Program-made: the position numbers and the translations under genes
Notes under the pieces: generated by a model
The model's input: the letters and a program-made list of their open reading frames with translations, nothing else
The model's database searches: none
Told to the model about the DNA's origin: nothing
Shown here: positions 11,954 through 24,900 of the stretch, piece by piece
How the letters are laid out: the number at the start of each line of letters is the position of its first letter
Numbering within the stretch: the first letter of the stretch is position 1
Assembly (NCBI GenBank): GCA_973895155.1
Contig: OZ316899.1
Coordinates: forward strand, 14,263,934-14,327,933
Direction of reading: 5' to 3'
DNA: 64,000 nucleotides
Source: Marsupella aquatica
Taxonomy: Eukaryota; Plantae; Marchantiophyta

Positions 11954-14715
11954 TGTTGTAACTCATACTTGAGTTAAGTCTACCTTTGGGATAACTACCT
12001 ATGTAACTACCCTAACTACTTAGGCTGTAGCCACATGTACATATTCTACCAAGAGTAAAGATGGAACCAACTCTTTGTCTCATTTCTCCCACAACACGTT
12101 ATCAGCACGAGCCTAAGACTGGCTGAATTTTTAGGCCATGACTGATTCAACCTAAGACAAAGAAAGGAGGGAGAGCCCTGAAGACGTGATTTGAATGTGC
12201 CAAAGTTTTTTTAGTTTTTTTCTGCGAGAACTGCTTGAAGCGCTGCAGCTCGCTTTGCACTCTGAATTGAGGCGGAATGTGGACGAAGATGGCATTTGAT
12301 GTTAGCTTGAATGCGGCCAATTGTGTGAAGGGAAAGTGGAATGTATTGTGAGCAAATGGCGTCCGCATCGTTTGTTGTTGGCTTGGGCTATGCACGTTGG
12401 GATCCCGCTCGTCCTAAGTTTCATGGTTGCTATTGGATGTCTTCTTCTCATTTTTAACAAATTTTTTGAGCAATGGATTCCCTCGATCTTGGTGTCTCTG
12501 TCAACTTTAAGTGCAGAATTGCGATGATGCCTCATCGATATTTCAGTTTTGAAGCGACCTATTGCCTCGGAAGTTATCAAATTCCTAGGTTAATTCTGCA
12601 CAGTGGCAAGGATTACGAAGATATCATGGTCCCTGCGGAATTCCTGTTGTGTCTCTTCATTCCTGCCATGCAATGAGGACTGCGGGAAAGGCAATGCTAT
12701 CCCCGCTTAGGGTCTTAGTTCCCAAAGTCACACAGTGATTCTTTCATTGTTATCCGCGAATGAATTTTCATCGTAGTCCTGCTTTGCATTCTGAACTGGC
12801 CTGCGCCACATTAGTTCACACATGCGTCAATAGTCCTGGTCCAGTCCGTTTCACTACGTTCTCTTACTCTTTCTCCACCGGTACTACCAATCTGTTTGTG
12901 AGTTCCTGGAGTTGATGAAGTTAATTGGATTGATTTCTCATTCTTCTTACCGAAAACTGTGACCAAGAAAACTATGCAAGCACATTGAATTGAGAGCGAA
13001 GCCACTGGAAACTCCTACAATTGTCCGGAGGTCTGCTACGTTGAAAGATAGCAATGCAAGGAATGCGGTGAATTGTGTCATGCAACTACATTACGGTAAG
13101 CCGCGGATAAAGGCCTCGGCTGCTCAGGAGATGTCGCCCGAGTACGAGGAAAACAAAGTGGAGAAGAGAAGAGGGGACTCGGACACTCTGTCGCGCCGCG
13201 GAAAGTTCTCTCCCTTAGGCATTTTTTGTGCCTTCGATTTCTTCTTCCTCGTTATCAAAGGCAAACACAAGGATGAGGAAAGTAAGGAGGATAGCGATGA
13301 CCAATGGGAGTCCCACAGTTACGGCACCTATAGCACAGAAGGACACAGAATGCCAGTTTTGGTAAACAACAGTTCTCGTGAGATTGGCAGTATGCATGGA
13401 TAAGATGGAACAATCCACGACCAGGGGTAGGGGCATTGGTGTTATGAGCTTACGAGTTGACCATTGGGAGCACGAACCAAGAGAAGCTTGGAGAAAAGAG
13501 GATAAGAGCACGAAGGGAACGCGCGCAGCAAAGAACAAATCTCGCAACAAAAATGCTGAAACGTCAAGAAAACGTCGAGAACATACCGCTAAGTGCAAAC
13601 CCTCCTTAATTGCAAAACCCATCAAATAGATTTGCGTATACAAAGAACAATGTGCACTGAACCAGGGAAACACACATACTAAGAACGGGGACGAAATGGC
13701 ATTAAAATGAAAGATATCTATTGGAAAGATTACCATATAAGAATTGCCATTCACAAATTCAGGGGGAGAATTGTTTTTCCCAACGTGCCTACTGCATTTA
13801 AAAGCTGCCTACGGCACTTAAAAGTTCAGCTCCGTGCCTACTACACATGGAAGCCAATGAGTGCGTACTGCACATGGAAGCCAATGAGTGCGTACTGCAC
13901 ATGGAAGTAAATGACAAATTGAGGGGGAGACCTCAAGTAAGACTTGACATCAAGCAATGTAACCCATGGGATGTGCCTATTGCACAAGTGCCTTTCGCAC
14001 CAATGAATACCTAAAAATGGAACTTTATTCCATGCATATGGCAAATCATGAAATCTAAGGAATTTTTATAAATGATTGAACATGATGTTAACACAATCAC
14101 TTACCAATACTTGATGAGGTATACTGGATATTAAAGTACCATATGATAATATGAGGTACAGTACCAGGTCATAAGGTACCATAAGGTGAGACATGGCATG
14201 GTAAGGCACCATAAGAGATGGTGCGCCATACCCCAATATGATAACCCTATGTTATGGATATGGTACGTGATATGGTTCAAATAGGTTATGCCCACACCAA
14301 ATCTAGGATTGGACACCCAATCCAATTCCAAAGCCATGGATTACACCATATCATCTTCATTTTGTACTAATACTTTGCTTTGTCATGGCATGTAATCTGT
14401 GACCATCAAGGAGTCTCCATTTCCCGATTGGAAGGAGACACGAGAAACAATCAACCAAGGAGGATCTTCAACAAGCCTATAGTGCTGACAAGCACCTTAA
14501 GAGACTTTGTAGAAATTACACATACACTATATGCTTAAACCCAATTATGTTACACCCATGGGGATGGTAATACTCTTTCCTCCCACAAAGAAAGTAGGGG
14601 AGGTTTTAATGAGGTTACATCCCCCACTTACACTTTACCATACAACATGAATTATAAGACATCTATTAGGAGAAGCTTGACATTCATTTATAGTAGACTT
14701 GAGATGACTTGAGAT
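11954..14715 (+). mobile_element. Non-autonomous Bianca-type copia derivative: 5' LTR, PBS, non-coding interior, no 3' LTR
   Basis: LTR TGTTG..CAACA at 11954-12096. PBS CGTTATCAGCAC at 12097 is identical to copias B and C. Internal AGGGGGAG motifs near 13760 and 13922. Shared 3' hairpin at 14560-14624. No gag/pol motifs. Confidence 0.8.
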
Positions 14716-14982
14716 AATATAATATTATATTATATTATATTATATTATATTAATTATAATAGTATTATATTACTTATTAGTTCACAAAGAACCATGGGAT
14801 AGAGATCATACTTGTAAAAACATTTCTGCACAAAGAAGCCCAGGCAAGGACCATTGATTGATAATGTGTGAAAATAATTATATACAATTGTGTCCAAACT
14901 TACAATGAATAGCCAGGGCTGGCACCCATTTGTACTATCTAATGGGCTTAACATGAGTCAAATCTCTAAACAAAGTGCTCCT

Positions 14983-17900
14983 TGTTAGAATATATTTAAC
15001 CCTTAGCCCATATGATACAAAGAGGTATGCAATACCTAGATATAAAGAGACACAAGACTAGGAAAGGGTAGTTACAACTACCCCAATGTACAACATATAA
15101 TAAGCCACATTGGCTTAAGGGAATAATCAATCATCTTTGTTGGTGTATATACATTTCATAACTTAACACGTTATCAGCACATGATTTTGCTCCTCCAACA
15201 ACTCTCGAGCTACTCATAGGCCTCTTGTGAATTTCTTTTTTTCTGTGAACGAAGCATCGAACGAAATTCCCCAAGACACATTTTTTCTTTTCTTTCGCCA
15301 AGTACACCACAAAAATTTTCATCGACTATGACTACATTGGAGAAGCTCCAATTCCCATTGCTCACAACAGATGGCGACAATTATTTATCTTGGGCACAGA
15401 ATACAGAAATTATTCTCAACATGAAAGGCCTCGGCGACATTATCTTAGCAGATATCAATGGCACATTACAACAAAAGGCTCAGGCACTATATATCATTCG
15501 CCATCACCTCGCTGCCGAACTACAACTTGAATACCTTACAGAGTTTAATCCTCGAGTCCTATGGGACGCTCTCAAATTGAGATTCGACCATCTGCGTCTA
15601 ATTTCCCTACCAGCTGCACGAAATGAATGGATTCATTTACGAGTTCTAGACTACCCTACAATTGCGAAATTCAATAGCGCCTTATTTCGGATAACTGCTC
15701 AACTAGCAGCCTGCGGCGAACCAATCGATGAAGCAGCAAAGATCGAAAAGACTCTTTCTACATTCTCGGCAGCGAACATGCAGTTATCACAGATTTATAG
15801 ACAACGCCATTTCACCCAATTCTCAGATTTGATTGCAGTCATGCTCCTGGCTGAAAAGAATGACCTCCTCCTTCTGAGGAACTCTCGCGAGCGACCACCA
15901 GGCACGCTTCCTAAACCGGAAATACAATTCACGAATACCAATAGAGGTAATTCCTCTTACAATCGACCTCGTGGCCAATTTAAAAGCAATCCAAGTTGTT
16001 TTAATCAATTCCACAAGAGAACATTTTCGCACAGACAAAGGCAAAAACTTCAAGCCTCTCATGAATTCTTGGTATCGTAACCCCAACCATATGCCAAATA
16101 AACCTGCACAGAATTACCCCACAAATAATCAGCCCAAGTGTTTCCGTTGCGGTGGGATAGGGCATATCCAAAAGAATTGTAGAATTCAAGCTCACCTAGT
16201 CAAACTATACCAGGCCTCCCTCAAAACATCCAACACCTTAACAGCCGCACATCACTTGGAGATTGATGACGATCTCTCCAAATATACGCTTGCACCTCCC
16301 CCACCAGAGGTCCATATAATATCACATGGAGTAAATGACACATCTCTCGCCGGTGCTGATATTTGCATTCTTGACAGCGGCACTTCTCACTCCATCCTAA
16401 AAGACAAATGTTATTTCCAGCACATATACCCATCAAATAGACCTGTGACTACTATCACAGGTATAAACCAATTAGAGGAAGGCCATGGACCTGCCCAACT
16501 TACCCTTCCTCAAGGCACAACCATTAAAATTGCATCTGCCATATATGCCCCACTTGCGACACGAAACTTACTAAGTTTCCATGATGTCCGTCAAAACAAT
16601 CTCCACATACGCTCTGCACCCAACAACCACAGAAACTCTCTACAGATTTTTTGAGAAACTGATAATGGCCCCATCACAGTACTAGAGACATTACTACTCC
16701 ATCCCCCCGGCGTTTATGCCACTAAGATCATGTCTTACAATTCCCAACGACAACAATTATCCCCAACAGAATTATGGCATATCCGCCTAGGCCACCCAGG
16801 CCCAGGGATGTACCATAAAATTATGAAGAACACCATTGGCATACCAAAAGGAGTACACCCATCCACGAAGTTAGACACTTGCATCCCCTGTGCACAAGGC
16901 AAATTTATCACTCATCCAGCTTCCACTAAGAACACCTATCAAATCCCTGACTTCCTCTCACAGATCAATGTGGACGTCTGCGGACCTATTGATCCACCGA
17001 GTGGACCATTTAGGTTTTTCCTAGTAATGATCTGCTCCTCAACCAAATGGTCCTCTGTTTCTTTAATTTCCACCAGAAACCTTGTCTTTGCCAGACTGCT
17101 AACACAGCTTATACGTCTTCGCACTCAATTCCCTGACTCTCCTACCAAAATAATTTGAATTGATAATGCTGGCAAATTTACATCACCAGCATTCGATGAC
17201 TTCTGTCAAGTCCTGGGCATCACAATTCAATACTTAGTACCATATGTACATTTCCAGAATGGTACTGCAGAGGCATTAATAAAACGTTTACAGATGATCT
17301 CAAGACCTATGCTATTACAGACACAACTCCCACTTACAGCCTGGGGACATGCTATACTCCATGGCGCTGCACTAGTGCGATATAGACCATCGGCTTTTAA
17401 TATTTACACACCACACCAACTAGCATATGGCTCTATACCAGATATTACACACCTGAAAGTGTTTGGCTGCCTTGTTCTGGTACCCATTCTTGGCCCCAAG
17501 CACACCAAGATGGGACCACAGCGTCGACGTGGCATCTATATTGGCTACGACTCTCCCTCGATAATAAGGTATCTCGAACCCACCACTGCTGATGTGTTTC
17601 GAGCTCGATACCAGGACTGTAAATTCTATGAAGACACCTTCCCAACACTTCTAACTCCAGCACAACTCTCCAAACAGCCTGTCTCAACACACACATTAGA
17701 CTGGACAACAAAGGATCCATTCTGGAATGATCCTCGTACTCAATTGACAAACGATGAAGTGAAACGCATTCTGAACCTCCATCAAATTATGGAGAAAATA
17801 CCTGACGCATTTAATGATGCTACAAATGTAACAAAATCACATATAGATGCAGCCAATACTCCTGCGAGAATTCATATACCAGATACTCGAGCCACAGACC

Positions 17901-20497
17901 TCGCTCCCAAGGCTAAGCGAGGCAGACCTTCAGGTTCCAAAGACTCTAGACCACGGCAGAAGACACCTGTATCAACACATTTATCCTTACAATTACCGCC
18001 AATTATACAAGATGACAATGAAGAAATATCCATCCACTATATGCATACTGGACATTTATGGCATCGAAATTTAACTGAACCAGATGAGCATTTTGCTTTT
18101 CTTATATCCCAGGATATAACTAAAGATTTACCAGAACCCCGGACAATTAAAGAAGCACAACAACGACCAGACTGGCCCAAATGGAAATCTGCTATTAACT
18201 CTGAACTTGATTCTCTGATATCTCGCCAAGTTTTTGGAGAACTCCGAATCGTCCCTGCTGCACAACACCTAACTGGGTATAGGATTATATTGATACGCAA
18301 ACATAATGCCGCAGGTGAAGTAATCCGCTATAAAGCCAGACTCGTGGCTAGAGGCTACACGCAAATATATGGCAAAGATTACAACCTTACTCATTCACCG
18401 GTCATGGACTCCATTACCTACCGATATCTGATTGCTTTTACCCTCACACATCAAATTCGTATGCATCTTATGGACGTGGTAACTGCTTACCTTTACGGTA
18501 TACTTGATACTGACATACAAATGCAAGCTCCACCTGAATTAATTCAGAGGGTAATTTTCCACATTAAGGGGGAGCATACAACCTCCCCAACCCCGGACCT
18601 AAAGTCGGGTATTGATAAGATTGTCCCTACACAGGACTTTAAGGACCATCTCATTCACTCAGGCCAGATGATACCTACTGAAATACATGACTCATCAGCG
18701 GTCCAAAATAAAAAGGCCCAGCAAATTGCTAGTGGTGAACAGTCAGCGGATTCACCATTGAATTATACTGACTTACTCGCTGAGGTAAATCCTGTTCACC
18801 ACAGAATCAATAAAGCCAAGAAATCAGAGAAAGCATTTGCTGTACAGGTTCTTAGGTCACTCTATGGTTTAAAGCAGAGTGGCCGCATCTGGTATAAACG
18901 TTTCCGTGCAGAGATGCTTGCACTTGGTTTTGTGAATGAGGACATTGCCCCTTGCCTTTTTATCAAAAGACATGGCACTGAATTTATAATCATAGCCATA
19001 TATGTCGACGATATTAACCTAATGGGTACTAAACTCATTATGGATCAAACCATTACCACACTTAAGAGCATATTCGAAATGAAGGATATTGGTCAACCCC
19101 TATTCTGTATTGGCATTCAATTTGAACATTTATCCAGCGGTATTCTTATTCATCAATCTACATATACCAGAAAACTATTAAAACAATTCAACATGGACAA
19201 AAGCTATCCAGTCACGACACCTATGGAAATTCGATCTTCAGACACATCCAGAGATCTGTATAAGCGCAGGACCGAACACGAACCAATCTTAGGCCCAGAG
19301 AAACCTTACCTCTCTGCTATAGGAGCCTTGATGTACCTGGCGAATCAAACTCGCCCAGACATCTCTTTCGCTGTCCACTTGCTTGCTCGACACAGCTCCC
19401 AACCGACTATTAGACATTGGAATGGCATTAAGAGGATATTGCGCTACCTTCAAGGTACAATCGATACTGGCCTCTATTACCCTAAAGATGTGCCTAATGA
19501 ATTGATTGGTTACGCAGATGCAGGTTACCTTACAGACCCCGATGATGCGAAATCCCAGACGGGATATGTATTTCTACAAGGACATACAGCCATATCATGG
19601 AAAAGTACCAAGCAAACTTTGACGACCACATCCTCCAACCATGCGGAAATCATAGCACTATACGAAGCTAGCCGAGAATGCCTGTGGCTTCGACAGCTTA
19701 TCAATCATATCCAGTCGTCTACAGGCCATGCAATTCTTACCAAGCCTACTATCATCTACGAGGATAACAAGCCTTGTGTTGATCAGATAGTTAAGGGCTT
19801 CATCAAGGGCGACCGAATCAAACATATTGCCCCCAAATTTTTCCACACGCATGAACAACACGGGGACCAAATCAACGTTCAATGGATACCTTCTAAAGAT
19901 AATCGCGCTGACCTTTTTACAAAGCCCTTACCTCGCATTCTCCACGAAGCGCATTCGATTGGAATAGGACTCCGTAGATTATCGGACTTCACTGCAATCT
20001 GACTTTCCCACCTCTTCCACGATACCTCCTCTGTTCTATGCATATTCTACTGAACGTATGTTCTCCATACTCGAACATTTCGACACATCCTATCAAACAC
20101 TCGTTTAGATTTAGCCATACATGATTACACTCCTTTCTTACTAGTTTTAACTCATTACATGTAAGGTAGTGACACTCTTTTTACCCCAGAAGAAAGCAGG
20201 GGGTTTTTAATGAGGTCATACCCCAATGAGTTTTTCCATTATACTCAGAACTAGACTTAAATTTATTTCCTAAATGGTTACTTTAAGAAACATAAAGTAA
20301 CCAAGGGGGAGTGTTAGAATATATTTAACCCTTAGCCCATATGATACAAAGAGGTATGCAATACCTAGATATAAAGAGACACAAGACTAGGAAAGGGTAG
20401 TTACAACTACCCCAATGTACAACATATAATAAGCCACATTGGCTTAAGGGAATAATCAATCATCTTTGTTGGTGTATATACATTTCATAACTTAACA
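14983..20497 (+). mobile_element. Full-length Ty1/copia element B, Bianca lineage
   Basis: Identical 186-bp LTRs at 14983-15168 and 20312-20497. TSD CTCCT at 14978-14982 and 20498-20502. PBS CGTTATCAGCAC at 15169; PPT AAGGGGGAG at 20303-20311. Confidence 0.98.
15328..20002 (+). pseudogene. Copia B gag-pol polyprotein, disrupted
   Basis: GDNYLSW, CCHC knuckle CFRCGGIGHIQKNC, protease LDSG, LWHIRLGH, integrase, RT YKARLVARG / YGLKQSG / YVDD, RNase H GYADAGY / IKGDRIKHI / ADLFTK. Frameshift near 16000; stops at 16652 and 17156. Confidence 0.95.
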
Positions 20498-21695
20498 CTC
20501 CTTACAATATTTATTTGAGCACGTGCCCTTGTCTCCTTTACTATCTACCCTAATGTCACGGTTGCAACTCCCTTTATCTTCAGGGAGATGAAATTTGGTG
20601 GTGTTGTTCCTAACTGCTATAATCTCCCGCAAAAAGTGTCTGGGATTTTTACTATACAGACCTGAATATTCCCGTCCTACAAATGATCTAGCAAGTGAGG
20701 TGACAAGTGCATCGTCAAGTTCCGCCTCAGGACGTAAGCTACATAGACGGTGCTTCACAGCCCAAGGAATCTCATTGCTATTGAGGTCCAGCACACTATG
20801 CCTATACTGTGACTTCCAAATTTTTGCTGCACATCTCTTACTAAGTTGATCACAAGTAATCTCATTTTTTGCCTTGTCTCTCTTAATGTGCAATAGAGAC
20901 CACTTTGGAGAGTTTAGGAGAAGATAACAATGAATGTCACTTGCATGTGATAGTTTCTCAAGACATGGCCAAAGAATTGTTAGAAGAAAATTGTCTCCAC
21001 GATTGGCATGTGTGTAGGGCACTGGAAATAGTCCGGTCATGTCTGGGTTGGCAAATGCCTTCAAGGGGGAGTCATCCACAAGGAGTGTGTTGGTTTCATC
21101 ATATAGATTTCCAAATGCACTCCATACCACCCAAAAATCCTTCAATAGCACATTTGCCTTTCCATTTGTAATGTCACGCCTTTGAATGCCTGTGTCAAAG
21201 GCTTCCACCTGTGTGAATACAAACTTCAGTTTCAACCGCTCCTCAATAGTGAACATCATGTTCAACATTTTCACTGTTTGCGGCATCCCAGCACATGTCC
21301 AAATTGCAACGTCAAACCGGTCAAAAACCAACTTTAGAAACTCATGGAGCCCTGGCCTCTCTGTATACATGCGACTAGTTCCATTTGATCTATCCCAATG
21401 CACTCCATTTGGGGTCACAATGTTTCTGGATTTGCCCTTGCTTTGGAATTCAAGAGAATCCCAAAGTATTTTGTTAAGATCAAAAATCAGCAACTTCCGC
21501 TTGATGGGACACGGTCTCGATTCTGCAAGTGCAACAAATACAACTCTTAGAAGAAAACCAAATTTGAACTTTGGACTGAGATTGTCTCAGTCCAAAAATA
21601 CAAGACAATGACTAACAACAAAGAAAACCTACATACCATTTTAGAAGCCCCAAAGAGCGTAGGTGGATATCGAGGCTCTAATTGCTGACCGCATT
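20498..21695 (-). pseudogene. FCP1/NIF-type HAD phosphatase-like cargo gene; last codons displaced to 14966-14977 by copia B
   Basis: KRKLLIFDLNKIL, ERPGLHEFL, FDVAIWT, NTLLVDDSPLKAFANP..GLFP. C-terminal C..C-x4-C-x2-H is completed across the copia TSD (CKE/HFV*). Probable 5' exon near 21637-21695. Confidence 0.8.
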
Positions 21696-21935
21696 TTGTG
21701 AGACCGAGAAGTATTTTAGATTGGTATGAAAAAATGGAAAGTTAGACGGTTTGATCTCAGTCTGAAAAAATAGATCCGTATTCATCAATAATGTCAACAC
21801 CCAACTCCTCTTGGATTTCAAAATTGACATCTGAAGTACTTTGTTCTACCCAATAAGTTGACGTCCAAACAGGAGTTATCAATCCCAATTCTCCTCTCTT
21901 ATACTCCTTCCTGTTAAGAATCGATGGAGCAGCAT

Positions 21936-24900
21936 TGTGGTGCGTCCCATGGCTCCCTAAACCCAAGAAACCCCCCAGCTCAAGCCGATTCCCGCAGGTT
22001 TCGCGCTTGGTGAGGCCGTTTCCGCGGCTTAGCGGCATGGGACGCTGCTAACCTTCTACTACTACTATTAACATTTTACACACATATACTGGACAGATCC
22101 TTCATCGGGTCATGAGATACGTAGCCGGCCTAATCTAGGCCTTCCCTTGTCTTCCCCTCCGTCTTGTTAGGTATGTTTGGATTCCGCCGCCGGAATGATC
22201 CCCAATAGGCTTGGTTAAGCCGCTAAGACCTCTCTCAGCTCGACACATCCAACTCTCACTCCCCTGCTTACTTTCCTTCCTTCTGTTAGTTGATGTGGGC
22301 ACTCTTCACACAAGTTAATGCGACACACAAATAGCAAAATGACTCCTTCTGACTGAGTCATACCATGCACTTGCCATACAAACAGTACATCTCATACACA
22401 AGCTCTGCGAACTAAGCCGTGAGGCCAACTCTATTCAGCTCTTAGGCATGAGGAAACATGAATATACACAAGGGTCACTGTATGACTAACCGAGAGCTTC
22501 CCTTACTACTTGATCCCAGCCCGGCTGGTGCAAACTAAAAACTTGCTAAAGAAGAGGCCCTGAGCTCCCCGCTGCCCAGGTACTTATCCTGGTAGTGGAT
22601 CCGCCTAATTCTTTGCAGCGTAAGCCTAATCTATCCTACCTGTAATCTACCTAACTGTACAGCGAGGCAGGAGCACAAGTGTTGCTCCTGCCAGTGGAAC
22701 CGCAATCCCACTAAGCTAAGTGTCAGGGCCGCTCCTGGTCCTGATCCTAATCCTAAACTTGGAGATCAGCGCCCGCCCTGCCCACTCACGCCTCCTCCCT
22801 CCACGTCCGCCCTTCCTAAAAGGAACGACGCCCTTGCACCGTCACGACACCGGTGGTGGATCCTCAATGGACGCCCCCAACGCTTCCTCCTCAGCCATTG
22901 TCGTAGGTTCGTTCTCTGACAGATTACCTGCCCTTGACTGAGTCAACTCTCCATCGGCCTGACTGGGTCTACCATCGGCATCGGCGTCGGCTCAGGAATC
23001 ATTCTCGGCTACGGCCTCAGCCTCGGCTATGGTCTCCCCGGCCTGCTCAAGAGGCGGATCTGGGATACCGGCCTCATTACTGAGTAGTTCGGCTTGGGCC
23101 GCACCATCCCCACCTTTGATGATAGCGGGATCTATTGCCGTGTTCATGCCGGAGGTTGGTGCTGGGTCTACCTCCTTGGTCACGGCCTGTGGAGTCGGAT
23201 TACTCCTTGACCCTGAAGGTTTCCGCTTCTTCTTCTTTTCTGGTTCGGCAGCTGGTCCCTTCCCCTTCCCACTTACTTCCGGCACTGGTGCAGGTGGCGC
23301 GGCTTGTTCTTCGGCCAGTACCACTCCTGGTAACTTGGTTGCCCCAATTGGAGTTGGGCCTGATGAAGACAAGCACTTAAATACTGCGGCTTATTTCTTC
23401 AGCCGCTCTGTTTGGTTGTCGGCCCGCCGCTGGAGGTTCTCCATCTTCCTCGTGATTTCCTCCAACTCCTCCTGGGTCTCATCCAGGTCCTTGCACGCCT
23501 CCTTTAGTTCCTTCTGGGCTTCCTCCCGTTCCCTGTGGGCTTCCTCCAGTTCTTTCTTCAAGGTAGCCCTCTCCTCCCGGGTTGCTCTTAGCTCCTTGTC
23601 GAGCTCTACAATGATGATAGACTCCATCTGGTTCATCTTGGCGTAAGTCTGATCGAGCATCTCGTCCTTCTCCCGTAGGTCGGCCTTGAAGCTGGCCGTC
23701 AGGGACGCAAGCTCCTGCTGCAGCGCCATAATCCCTTGATAGGATTTCCCTAACTCGGCCTCCTTCTGCTCAAGGGCTCCGCAAATTTTCTTGAGCTCCC
23801 CCTTCAACGCCCATTCCTTTCTTTGGGTCTCCGCCATGGCCCGGTTGTTGGATGTTATGTGGGCCTCCTCTGCATTCCTCAGCTCCTTCTTCCATTTCTC
23901 CCTGTCCTTGATTGCGTCGGCCAATTCTCCTTGGGTCCGCGTCAGTAGATTCTCGATCATCCGATTATCAGATTGTGCGGTATCCAACTGGCCCTGCATG
24001 ATATTTAGCTCATGCCGCTTAATCCGCAGCTCATCTTGGGCTTTCTTGGCCACCCTCAGGTCCTTGATTTCGGCTTCCCTTTCCCTAAGCCGACGGATGA
24101 CCTCGTCCTTCTTGCTTCTTTCCAAGGCCACCGCTTCTTCTAATTGGCGCTTCTCCAACATCTCCCTCTGGAAAAAGGGTCCCTGCTCCAACTCCTCCCC
24201 AAATATGTTGAGCGCCAGTTCTCCACACATCTCCCCGTACTCCATGGCTCTGTCCTTAGCATAGGTGGAGGAAGTAGAAGTCATCGGCATCATCCACCGC
24301 GGCCTCTGCTCCCAAGCCGTCTTGCGGATCTCTTCAATCGTGGCTAGAGGTTTGCTTCCTTTTTTGGCTAGCCGCTTGATGTCCTTCGGCCAATCTCCTC
24401 CTGGAAAATCCTTTTCTCTAGCCAAGGCTGCCTCCTCTTCCTGCCTGATTCGCTCCTGAAATTCCTGCGCCGTCTATTTTATGCCGTCAAAGCTCGGGGG
24501 AGCAACATCTGGTGGGGGAGACTCAGGGCTACTCTGCTGGTTGGGGTCCCCTCGTACTACCCTTGGAAGTGTGGGGATAAACCGGCCATAGGTCCTTACT
24601 CCTGGAACGTGATGGTCCGACCCATAGCCGGAGTTATCATGGCTGCAGTCCTCCACTGCCTCCTCTACTTCTTGGACTTCCGGCTTCTCCCTCTCCTCTT
24701 CGTCCGTAGGAGCTTCAGGCAATTCTGCCTCAGATTCAGAGCTTGAGACTCCCACGTACATTCGAACACCCGGCTTGGATTCTGGCCTGATTCTCTCCTT
24801 GTCTCCAGTAAAGGGGTTTTCCCTTGTAAGCCGGTGTAGGCCTACCTCTACAGCAGTGTCCTGCATTGTTGCCGTTGCCGTTGTCGTTGCCGATGCCGAT

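Noticed and set aside
12990-13754. env-like or membrane ORF in the non-autonomous element
   Set aside because: The hydrophobic minus-strand ORF is the antisense of purine-rich sequence; no supporting motif.
14560-14624. Hammerhead ribozyme in the 3'-UTR hairpin
   Set aside because: Lacks the CUGANGA..GAAA core in the required order.
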